Positions 53,491-64,000 of a stretch of 64,000 nucleotides of DNA are shown one piece after another (position 1 is the stretch's first letter; the number at the start of each line of letters is the position of its first letter). Under the pieces are notes generated by a model that saw only the letters and a program-made list of their open reading frames with translations, ran no database searches and had not been told where the DNA came from. The position numbers and the translations under genes are program-made. This DNA is from Balanoglossus misakiensis (Eukaryota > Animalia > Hemichordata): assembly GCA_040954595.2 (NCBI GenBank), contig CM082592.2, positions 1,984,001-2,048,000 of the forward strand, given 5' to 3'.

Positions 53491-56400
53491 ACTAAGTATT
53501 CAAAGCCGCATCACCTCGCTCATGGATATGCCTATTGTTAAAGGAATGGGTCCGGGCTTTTGGAGGCGCATCCATAGCGAAGTGTGTAAAACTCTTATAT
53601 TCGAAAAAGTGGGAGGGCGGGTGGGAATACATTCGCAAAGGATTTTACCGAGGGGGCTGGTCATATAAAATCCCCACCCTGTCCCGTTTACGCACATAGC
53701 CCTGCTCTCTTGGCCTATTGCAAGGGAGGGACAGACTGTACGTTGCTCGTTGCTTTTATACTTCGGCTTATTTGCATATGGCGGATGGATATCGCTCTGT
53801 GCCGCGGTTTTGAATAACTAAGTATTCAAAGCCGCATCACCTCGCTCATGGATATGCCTATTGTTAAAGGAATGGGTCCGGGCTTTTGGAGGCGCATCCG
53901 GACGCAAAGCCTATTCTCCTCGTGCTTGAGCCCATTATTACCGAGTTGGGTATCCCCCCAATCCTTAAAATACAGTCAAACCAAGTAACAAACAAGTTAC
54001 CACTACAAACACACCCACAACAAAAGCCTTGGAAAATCCAATTAAATCATTGAGGTTCTCAAATCTTTTTGTGTTCTGCTTTTCGTCGTTCCACACCTCC
54101 CTGTGCTTATGAATTCCCCCGGCGACAAATTCATGTGGGTTTCTAAATGATAGTAGGGCGGGCAACACTTTCTTGTTGGATTTACGAACCTCATCGACAT
54201 TGATAACGGGTCTCCTGTCGAGGGGCGCCCTCAAGAGATACCCATGTGTATGACTTTCTGGCGACTGGAAGTTCCTCAGGGCCGATTTCCCATGCGTGGG
54301 GAGTGAACAGAAAAGAATAGATAAAGACTATGGGAAACTTTTAAACCGTTTACTTCCGTGCAACAAATATTTGTATTTTTGGCAGCTGAAAGACTATATG
54401 TACTGTCCTGTTTGTCTTCAAGAAGATTCCTTGGAACATAGATTTTTAGATTGTAAAATTGCTGAAAGGTGCTGGACAAAGGTCAACAACATTATCTGTA
54501 ATATTACAGGGAGAACACTACGAGTGACTCCTCTTAATATAATTTTCGCTGACTCTTTTGACAACACCATCCCAAAAGACTATAACCTTGTACTACAATT
54601 TTTGATTTTGCTGGGTAAATGGAGCATTCATAAGTATTGGATATGTCACACGAACACACCAATTGAAGTTGTATTTAAGAACGAATTTAAGTTAAGATAT
54701 AACATAGAGAAAAAAATATATTGCAGAGCCAACATAATGGATACATTTGAAAAAGTTTATAATTTGATTTGATTGTATTTTTCTATCTCTTTTGCATTTA
54801 TTACGTAAGGATTTTTAATAAAAGAGAAAAAAAAAGACTATGGGCTACTAAATGTAAAATGTTTTCTTGAGGGAGCCCCTAGACAGGACCTCAGTAAGGC
54901 GAGGTTGCATGGAATGCAAAGGACTGTTTTAGTCCTCCCTGCGTTCGGGTCGATGTTTGGTGTATGATAAACACGGGATATCCGCTACTGGTTGAGTGGG
55001 GTCAATCTAGGAAGGCGAGATATAAAGGCATTTTTTTTTCTTTCTTTCTTTTATTTTATTCTCAAGACAACCTTTTAATTGTCACGGAGGGTTGTAAGCA
55101 AACCAGACTTTTCGTACATTTCAAGTTATCAAAGCATCACAGCAAGTTCTTAAGTGTGGGTGTCCGTGTAGCGTTTGCTCCATCTGAGTTGCTCAGGCAT
55201 GTTTTGTGCGTCTGTATTTATATGCGTGAATGCGTTCCGTGTATGGTGCGAGCGGTTGGTTGAAAGTATGCGATTGTGTGGGTGTGCATGAAGGCGTCTA
55301 TTAGTGTGCAGGCGACCGAGAGAAGTATGCGTGTTAGTACAGTGTGCATGCGTGTACGTGGATGAGTAACCCATGTTTTACTTGCTGTGACGAATAAATA
55401 TAAACGAGCAAAGAGAGAGAAAAAACACAGCAATGTGGGTATACTACTTTCTTTTTGGGCAGGCTCTGGCAACATGCCCTTTCTCACCGCAGACAAAGCA
55501 TGTGACTAGTTCATCCTTATTTCTTTTCTCAGTGCGGCGATGCGGTTTCTGTCAATTCTTGCAGTTTTTTTTTACCTGGCTTCTTTAGGTTCTCCAACTC
55601 CCCTTTCTGCAATACAAGTAAACGTACACATACAATAACTTCTCTGCCCATTACCACGGGTGGAAAGTATACTTGCTCTCCCGTACTGAAGACTCCCCTT
55701 TTGTTTACAGGGCGAGCGCCTCATTACATAGGCATCAGCAAATTCAAGGCGAACATGCGTCTGCTACGTAAATGACCGCTCACATTGCTCCTCCCTCGAG
55801 CCTATGTATTTCCTTTGGCCTCAGCCACAATAATTCGGCGCTCTCGCAGTCATCACCGGATGAACTGCCTGGCCGGTCTCCTTGGCACTCATGGGTATAA
55901 CCCACCCAGCTCTATTTAACAAACAAATGTTGGCGCTCTCGCAGTATATCACACTGCCTGGCCTGCCGCTCACTCCTGTAACTCCAAGTATTCGACGCAT
56001 ATTGCATAGAAAATAAAATACAATCTCCATTCAGTTCTACCATGCCTGTTACGTAGGGGAAAGGAATCGTTTTTTTTTTTTTTTTTTTTTCAATTGGCGA
56101 AACAGGTGGTGTCAGGCCTAACAGGTGGCGGAATTTCAAATTGGTGATTTGGCCTTCCACCTGCACTAAGAAAATTCGAAAGCCGAAAAACAACGCGAGG
56201 GGAGAAATGTGGTGAACCGTAGTGCATAAAAAACAACAACAGGGGACCGAACTGCAAATCAAAACCGAAATGACCGGAGGCATACAAGGGGGAAAACTAA
56301 CCCTGGTTACACTGCTGCTGACGCCTGTTGCCTCTCCACTTGCTGGTTTTGGTGCAGCATTTTGCTGGGGTGTGGCACCACCGGGACCGGGTCTTGGATG

Positions 56401-56593
56401 GCGACCGGATAGTTCTGCGGAGTCCTGGTGTGAGTCCACAAAAGCTCGAACTGCGGAACCAGTTTGAGCCATGGTTCGTGCTGTCGTGGCCTATTGCAAG
56501 GGAGGGACAGACTGTACGTTGCTCGTTGCTTTTATACTTCGGCTCATTTGCATATGGCGGAAGGATATCGCTCTGTGCCGCGGTTTTGAATAA
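53491..56593 (-). mobile_element. Non-autonomous Ngaro/PAT-type (DIRS order) retroelement with split direct repeats
   Basis: A1 56487-56593 = A2 53711-53817; B1 53817-53899 = B2 53491-53573; gag knuckle CFVCGEKGHVARAC ~55455-55505; RT N-terminal-like VAGGIHKHREVW ~54090-54130. Confidence 0.8.
54335..54832 (+). mobile_element. 5'-truncated L1/Tx1 insertion with poly(A) and 12-bp TSD
   Basis: CPVC..EDSLEHRFLDC knuckle, stop, AATAAA and A-tail; TSD aaagactatggg at 54323-54334 and 54833-54844. Confidence 0.88.
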
Positions 56594-57584
56594 GCCAGTC
56601 ACTCTACATGCGATCGTAAGTTGTAAGTTCAAAGGTCATGAAACTAAAAAAAGAAAATTACAGGCATGAAACACTTCACGTCATCAGATCATGCCTGTAT
56701 TTTTTTTTACTTTAATGAACTTTGAACCTTATACATCATCTTGTGACCCTTGGCTCAGCTCAGTGAGCAACAGGCCAAATTTAGCATCAACCCATACAAG
56801 GCAGTCAGTAGAGAATGCAGAAAAAGTCGAACCAGCTATATACCGCTTGCTATGAACTGTTTTGACAGCACTAGTCATTTGTGGTGAATGAGCAGGCCCC
56901 GGCAATACATCGTAACTTGCAGCTTAGGGACCGTTCAGCTTTTACGGCTGGGGGGGGGGGGGGGTGTTGTAAGTTTGGGTCATCTGTTTTCGAAAACAGG
57001 CAGACCCCCTTCACCCTGGACCAAAAAATGACGACTCCCCTTTGACAGACAACAAAATATGATGACCCCCCCCCCCCCCCGAAAACATGACACAACTACT
57101 TGTGGAGGAAAACGGTTTCTTTCCAAGAGCCTGCTCGCCGTCCTGATTTTATGTTTACTGTATGTAGTAAAGGGAAAGAGGCTCCCCACACCTGAATTAT
57201 AAATATCATTAAGAAATTTAGAATTGGGGTGTATATCGAGCCAATGAAGTTTGGCTTTTCTCGAGCCCGCGCCTATAAACAAACGTTAATGGTCAGGGCG
57301 GAGTCAGTTATTTCCATTATATCACCAACGAACTCAAGAAAACAGTGAAAAATTACGAAATGTCCCACGCAAATGAATATAGGGCCCCGGAACTTGTGTT
57401 ACGCAAAATGTTGTATTCACTGAACTGTATGCTAATATTACTATTCAGATTTTCGGGCATGTAAAAAAACCATTACTGAGTATTTGTGGTCAGTTACGTC
57501 GTTCATCTCAACCAATTAAAATGCGGCGCACAGGCCATGGTAATATAATAGTTAATAGTATGGCGTTGCAATAAAGAAATTTAT

Positions 57585-58025
57585 AATATACCTCATGCTA
57601 ATACTGTGCCGTGATTCGCCAGAATCCGTCACGTGATAGGAAAAAAGAATCGACTATGAACCGCTAGGGAAATAGCAGAAAAAATATAAACCGGTCACGT
57701 GACCAACGTGGTCACGTCAATCAGCGTCGTGTCGTCTGACACAATGGCCACCGCTGAAGATGTCGTCTGCCAGCCTCAAGAGAGAATTGCAAGATTTTCC
57801 CAGCTGTTAGCATGAGGTTTATTATAAAACACCTATAGCCTGGCCTATATTCGGGCAATAGCAGCCGTTTTTACCCCCTCGTGACTGTGAGTTACCAGAA
57901 TTATACGCTATTTCCCTCGGCCTGCGGCCTCGGGAAATAGCATATGATTCTGGTAACTCACAGCCCCTCGGGTGTAATAAACGGCCGCTATGGCCCTCAT
58001 GGCCTGGCAATAGGTGTTCAATATG
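57585..58025. mobile_element. Crypton-like non-autonomous element abutting the right 5S array
   Basis: IR cctcatgctaa / ttagcatgagg plus a long hairpin centred on cggcctgcggcctcg. Confidence 0.55.
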
Positions 58026-58263
58026 AATAAATTATAATGCTACACCATTGAGCGCATAGCCCGACTTGGCCAATTTTTGTGGGTAACCGATCGACCTTTC
58101 ATAGCTTATAAGGCAAGTGGGATGAAAACAATGTGGTTTGTTTTGTTCTGCAAAAAAGTGGTTTTAAAATTCAGACATTTGCAGAAAAGGGAAAAAACGG
58201 AAACTTGCGACAAAAAATAGTATCCATCAGGCTACACTTTAAAGGAAAAATTGGGAAAAAATT

Positions 58264-58383
58264 AAGCCTACAGCACGTAGTATTCCCAGACGGTCTCCCG
58301 TCCAAGTACTAACTACGCCCAACGCAGGTTTGCTTCGGTGATCAGACGAGAACCGGCTTATTCTACGTGGTATGGCCGTAAGC
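58264..58383 (-). rRNA. RNA5S: 5S rRNA gene (GCTTAC allele), native 381-bp unit
   Basis: Full 120 nt; 381 bp to the next gene with no TE. Confidence 0.95.
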
Positions 58384-58644
58384 GAAGGATGCTGGAATTT
58401 CCCTGCTATGAACCCGAATGCTACACCATTGAACACGTATCCTGTCTTGGCCAATTTTTGTGGGTAACCGATCGACCTTTCATAGCTTATAAGGCAAGTG
58501 GGATGAAAAAGATGTGGTTTGTTTTGTTCTGCAAAACAGTGGTTTTGGAATTCAGACATTTGCAGAAAAAGGAAAAAACGGAAACTTGCGATAAAAAATA
58601 TTACCCTTCCGGCTACACTTTAATGGAAAATTGGGGAAAATATT

Positions 58645-58764
58645 AAGCCTACAGCACGTAGTATTCCCAGACGGTCTCCCGTCCAAGTACTAACTACGCC
58701 CAACGCAGGTTTGCTTCGGTGATCAGACGAGAACCGGCTTATTCTACGTGGTATGGCCGTAGGC
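58645..58764 (-). rRNA. RNA5S: 5S rRNA gene
   Basis: Full 120 nt; helices pair (G68). Confidence 0.95.
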
Positions 58765-58917
58765 GAAAGATTGTTGAAATTCTCCTTCTATGAACCCGAA
58801 TCCTACACCATTGAACACGTATCCCGACTTGGCCAATTTTAGTGGGTAACCGATCGACCTTTCATAGCTTATAAGGCAAGTGGGATGAAAAAAATGTGGT
58901 TTTTTTGTTCTGCAAAA

Positions 58918-60258
58918 AAAGAGGTATACCAAATAATATCATTAGAATTCTATCTGTTGTGTTAAACTTATTTACATTACAGGCACTGTAAATATACTGG
59001 AAAACAAGTTGCCACAAGGATTGAATTGTCTGGCAGCACACAAGCAAATGATACACGTCTTCGGGGGGAAATGTGCAGAAGTCACAAGTAGGACTAAGGA
59101 TTTTGCCTGCTTTGTAAAGACGAAGGTTATTAAAAACTGCGTTGTGACAAATGAGATAATCCAGATCACCCAGGTAGTTATCCTTGAAATTTGTGTAAAC
59201 CTTACTAAAATCAAAGTTTGGCAAGTGAAAGAGCCAATACTGAACACCCGTTGGCACTGTTTTTCTCAGATGTCGAGCAATTGTAGTAATGTGTCTAACT
59301 TTAAGAGAATGGAAAGGAACACGTTGATCATGAGCATTAACAATAAAGAGAGACTGGTTTTTGTCCACTTTGTTATAATCTTTGTAATTACTCTGCAGAA
59401 TACCATGCCACTTTTGAGGAATTGAATTAAGGATAATATGGTACTGCTTCTCAACAGTATTGCTTGTGGGAGTGTAGGGATGGGCCAATGAAACCATGTC
59501 ACGAATTGCATCTACAGGTAGGAACCCAGGAATGACCTCGTATAACAAATCTCTGATTTCAACAATGCCAGCTGAGCTGAAAAGTTTTATGATCGGCAGA
59601 GGGCGCCTTTCAACACTTGTAATGAAGGGGTTGTGAGAAATGGGTTCATTGATAATTTCATCGTAGGAAATTGGTTGTGCACGTGAATACCTGAAAAGAT
59701 GCGACCAAGACTGAAAAAGTTTTCTGTAGAATGTAGAACACTGGCGTAAGTTGGCAGGATAAAGTAACATTGTAAAAGTGTCAACACCACAATTGAGATT
59801 GAGATACTTATTTAAGTTGTAGGTGACAAACAACTTGAACTTGTGTACATAATCTTTATCCTGTAATTTACACAACCACTTGAGACGAAGTGCTGGCACT
59901 TTGTCTTGAATATTTGTGATTTTTAGTCCCCCATCTTGAATGTCGGAAGTGATGACATCATATTTCACCCTGTGATGACCTTAGCTCAAGAAGAAATTAC
60001 AGATCATTCAAAATTTGTATGTGTTGCTGAGGCAAAGAAACAACAGATGCCCGGTACCAAAGAGTAGACGTAACAAGGGAGTTGATAATATGGGTTTTCC
60101 CTTTGTACGACAAATGACCAAGATTTCAGAATTCTACAGATTTTTTGAATGCGCTGAGCCCAATTGAAATCATCTGCAACTGACTTGTCATGATTCAGCA
60201 TGACACCAAGAATGACCATGCCATCCGGTTGAAGCTTAACAGGTAAAGGGCAGTCAGT
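58918..60258 (-). mobile_element. Tx1-like fragment (1914-bp unit), copy 5
   Basis: ORF 58862-59968; same junctions as copy 3. Confidence 0.88.
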
Positions 60259-60296
60259 ACGAGAACCGGCTTATTCTACGTGGTATGGCCGTAAGC
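60259..60296 (-). pseudogene. Truncated 5S head (nt 1-38)
   Basis: Same fusion as 4077-4114. Confidence 0.9.
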
Positions 60297-60559
60297 GAAG
60301 GATGCTGGAATTTCTCCTGCTATAAACCCGAATGCTACACCATTGAAAACGTATCCTGACTTGGCCAATTTTTGTGGGTAACCGATCGACCTTTCATAGC
60401 TTATAAGGCAAGTGGGATGAAAAAAAATGTGGTTTGTTTTGTTCTGCAAACCAGTGGTTTTGGAATTCAGACATTTGCAGAAAAAGGAAAAAACGGAAAC
60501 TTGCGATAAAAAATATTACCCTTCCGGCTACACTTTAATGGAAAATTAGGGAAAATATT

Positions 60560-60679
60560 AAGCCTACAGCACGTAGTATTCCCAGACGGTCTCCCGTCCA
60601 AGTACTAACTACGCCCAACGCAGGTTTGCTTCGGTGATCAGACGAGAACCGGCTTATTCTACGTGGTATGGCCGTAGGC
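60560..60679 (-). rRNA. RNA5S: 5S rRNA gene
   Basis: Full 120 nt. Confidence 0.95.
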
Positions 60680-60832
60680 GAAGGATTGTTGAAATTCTCC
60701 TGCTATGAACCCGAATCCTACACCATTGAACACGTATCCCGACTTGGCCAATTTTAGTGGGTAACCGATCGACCTTTCATAGCTTATAAGGCAAGTGGGA
60801 TGAAACAAATGTGGTTTTTTTGTTCTGCAAAA

Positions 60833-62172
60833 ACGAGGTATAACAAATAATATCATTAGAATTCTATCTGTTGTGTTAAACTTATTTACATTACAGGCAC
60901 TGTAAATATACTGGAAAACAAGTTGCCACAAGGATTGAATTGTCTGGCAGCACACAAGCAAATGATACACGTCTTCGGGGGGAAATGTGCAGAAGTCACA
61001 AGTAGGACTAAGGATTTTGCCTGCTTTGTAAAGACGAAGGTTATTAAAAACTGCGTTGTGACAAATGAGATAATCCAGATCACCCAGGTAGTTATCCTTG
61101 AAATTTGTGTAAACCTTACTAAAATCAAAGTTTGGCAAGTGAAAGAGCCAATACTGAACACCCGTTGGCACTGTTTTTCTCAGATGTCGAGCAATTGTAG
61201 TAATGTGTCTAACTTTAAGAGAATGGAAAGGAACACGTTGATCATGAGCATTAACAATAAAGAGAGACTGGTTTTTGTCCACTTTGTTATAATCTTTGTA
61301 ATTACTCTGCAGAATACCATGCCACTTTTGAGGAATTGAATTAAGGATAATATGGTACTGCTTCTCAACAGTATTGCTTGTGGGAGTGTAGGGATGGGCC
61401 AATGAAACCATGTCACGAATTGCATCTACAGGTAGGAACCCAGGAATGACCTCGTATAACAAATCTCTGATTTCAACAATGCCAGCTGAGCTGAAAAGTT
61501 TTATGATCGGCAGAGGGCGCCCTTCAACACTTGTAATGAAGGGGTTGTGAGAAATGGGTTCATTGATAATTTCATCGTAGGAAATTGGTTGTGCACGTGA
61601 ATACCTGAAAAGATGCGACCAAGACTGAAAAAGTTTTCTGTAGAATGTAGAACACTGGCGTAAGTTGGCAGGATAAAGTAACATTGTAAAAGTGTCAACA
61701 CCACAATTGAGATTGAGATACTTATTTAAGTTGTAGGTGTCAAACAACTTGAACTTGTGTACATAATCTTTATCCTGTAATTTACACAACCACTTGAGAC
61801 GAAGTGCTGGCACTTTGTCTTGAATATTTGTGATTTTTAGTCCCCCATCTTGAATGTCGGAAGTGATGACATCATATTTCACCCTGTGATGACCTTAGCT
61901 CAAGAAGAAATTACAGATCATTCAAAATTTGTATGTGTTGCTGAGGCAAAGAAACAACAGATGCCCGGTACCAAAGAGTAGACGTAACAAGGGAGTTGAT
62001 AATATGGGTTTTCCCTTTGTAGGACAAATGACCAAGATTTCAGAATTCTACAGATTTTTTGAATGCGCTGAGCCCAATTGAAATCATCTGCAACTGACTT
62101 GTCATGATTCAGCATGACACCAAGAATGACCATGCCATCCGGTTGAAGCTTAACAGGTAAAGGGCAGTCAGT
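60833..62172 (-). mobile_element. Tx1-like fragment, copy 6
   Basis: ORF 60659-61882 reads through the spacer into the 5S gene. Confidence 0.88.
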
Positions 62173-62210
62173 ACGAGAACCGGCTTATTCTACGTGGTAT
62201 GGCCGTAAGC
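62173..62210 (-). pseudogene. Truncated 5S head (nt 1-38)
   Basis: Same fusion, 1914 bp from the previous one. Confidence 0.9.
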
Positions 62211-62473
62211 GAAGGATGCTGGAATTTCTCCTGCTATAAACCCGAATGCTACACCATTGAAAACGTATCCTGACTTGGCCAATTTTTGTGGGTAACCGAT
62301 CGACCTTTCATAGCTTATAAGGCAAGTGGGATGAAAAAAAATGTGGTTTGTTTTGTTCTGCAAACCAGTGGTTTTGGAATTCAGACATTTGCAGAAAAAG
62401 GAAAAAACGGAAACTTGCGATAAAAAATATTACCCTTCCGGCTACACTTTAATGGAAAATTAGGGAAAATATT

Positions 62474-62593
62474 AAGCCTACAGCACGTAGTATTCCCAGA
62501 CGGTCTCCCGTCCAAGTACTAACTACGCCCAACGCAGGTTTGCTTCGGTGATCAGACGAGAACCGGCTTATTCTACGTGGTATGGCCGTAGGC
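62474..62593 (-). rRNA. RNA5S: 5S rRNA gene
   Basis: Full 120 nt. Confidence 0.95.
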
Positions 62594-62746
62594 GAAGGAT
62601 TGTTGAAATTCTCCTGCTATGAACCCGAATCCTACACCATTGAACACGTATCCCGACTTGGCCAATTTTAGTGGGTAACCGATCGACCTTTCATAGCTTA
62701 TAAGGCAAGTGGGATGAAACAAATGTGGTTTTTTTGTTCTGCAAAA

Positions 62747-64000
62747 ACGAGGTATAACAAATAATATCATTAGAATTCTATCTGTTGTGTTAAACTTATT
62801 TACATTACAGGCACTGTAAATATACTGGAAAACAAGTTGCCACAAGGATTGAATTGTCTGGCAGCACACAAGCAAATGATACACGTCTTCGGGGGGAAAT
62901 GTGCAGAAGTCACAAGTAGGACTAAGGATTTTGCCTGCTTTGTAAAGACGAAGGTTATTAAAAACTGCGTTGTGACAAATGAGATAATCCAGATCACCCA
63001 GGTAGTTATCCTTGAAATTTGTGTAAACCTTACTAAAATCAAAGTTTGGCAAGTGAAAGAGCCAATACTGAACACCCGTTGGCACTGTTTTTCTCAGATG
63101 TCGAGCAATTGTAGTAATGTGTCTAACTTTAAGAGAATGGAAAGGAACACGTTGATCATGAGCATTAACAATAAAGAGAGACTGGTTTTTGTCCACTTTG
63201 TTATAATCTTTGTAATTACTCTGCAGAATACCATGCCACTTTTGAGGAATTGAATTAAGGATAATATGGTACTGCTTCTCAACAGTATTGCTTGTGGGAG
63301 TGTAGGGATGGGCCAATGAAACCATGTCACGAATTGCATCTACAGGTAGGAACCCAGGAATGACCTCGTATAACAAATCTCTGATTTCAACAATGCCAGC
63401 TGAGCTGAAAAGTTTTATGATCGGCAGAGGGCGCCCTTCAACACTTGTAATGAAGGGGTTGTGAGAAATGGGTTCATTGATAATTTCATCGTAGGAAATT
63501 GGTTGTGCACGTGAATACCTGAAAAGATGCGACCAAGACTGAAAAAGTTTTCTGTAGAATGTAGAACACTGGCGTAAGTTGGCAGGATAAAGTAACATTG
63601 TAAAAGTGTCAACACCACAATTGAGATTGAGATACTTATTTAAGTTGTAGGTGACAAACAACTTGAACTTGTGTACATAATCTTTATCCTGTAATTTACA
63701 CAACCACTTGAGACGAAGTGCTGGCACTTTGTCTTGAATATTTGTGATTTTTAGTCCCCCATCTTGAATGTCGGAAGTGATGACATCATATTTCACCCTG
63801 TGATGACCTTAGCTCAAGAAGAAATTACAGATCATTCAAAATTTGTATGTGTTGCTGAGGCAAAGAAACAACAGATGCCCGGTACCAAAGAGTAGACGTA
63901 ACAAGGGAGTTGATAATATGGGTTTTCCCTTTGTAGGACAAATGACCAAGATTTCAGAATTCTACAGATGTTTTGAATGCGCTGAGCCCAATTGAAATCA
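62747..64000 (-). mobile_element. Tx1-like fragment, copy 7 (runs off the window)
   Basis: ORF 62573-63796. Confidence 0.88.

Noticed and set aside
56068-56090. Poly(T) run as the tail of a retroposed insertion
   Set aside because: No TSD or recognisable element body found.
60259-60296. SINE3 (5S head plus LINE tail)
   Set aside because: The head stops at nt 38, before boxes A, IE and C, and is preceded by genomic 5S spacer, so it is not an RNA-derived Pol III head.
58862-63796. Domesticated protein gene family from the repeated 343-407 aa ORFs
   Set aside because: Differences between clusters include many amino-acid changes, the termini vary with homopolymer slips and the upstream frame is broken; recent amplification explains the open frames.

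Overview
Repeat-rich animal genomic DNA, probably a marine invertebrate; the 5S sequence recalls hemichordate 5S, from memory and unverified. Both ends (1-7.3 kb, 58.0-64.0 kb) are minus-strand 5S rDNA arrays in which 120-nt 5S genes alternate with fragments of a Tx1/L1-clade non-LTR retrotransposon. The composite units are 1333 bp and 1914 bp, against a native 381-bp unit. All TE copies share one 3' junction that runs, with no stop codon or poly(A), into the 5S upstream spacer; most 5' junctions lie inside a 5S gene (nt 30 or 38). Between the arrays lie a decayed RTE-X-like LINE, a multi-exon VWA7-like pseudogene with a C-terminal TM helix plus an orphan second exon 1, a ~21-kb inverted duplication with ~7-kb arms, a non-autonomous Ngaro/DIRS element with split direct repeats, and many MITEs. 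Coordinates were read by eye and may be off by a few bases.
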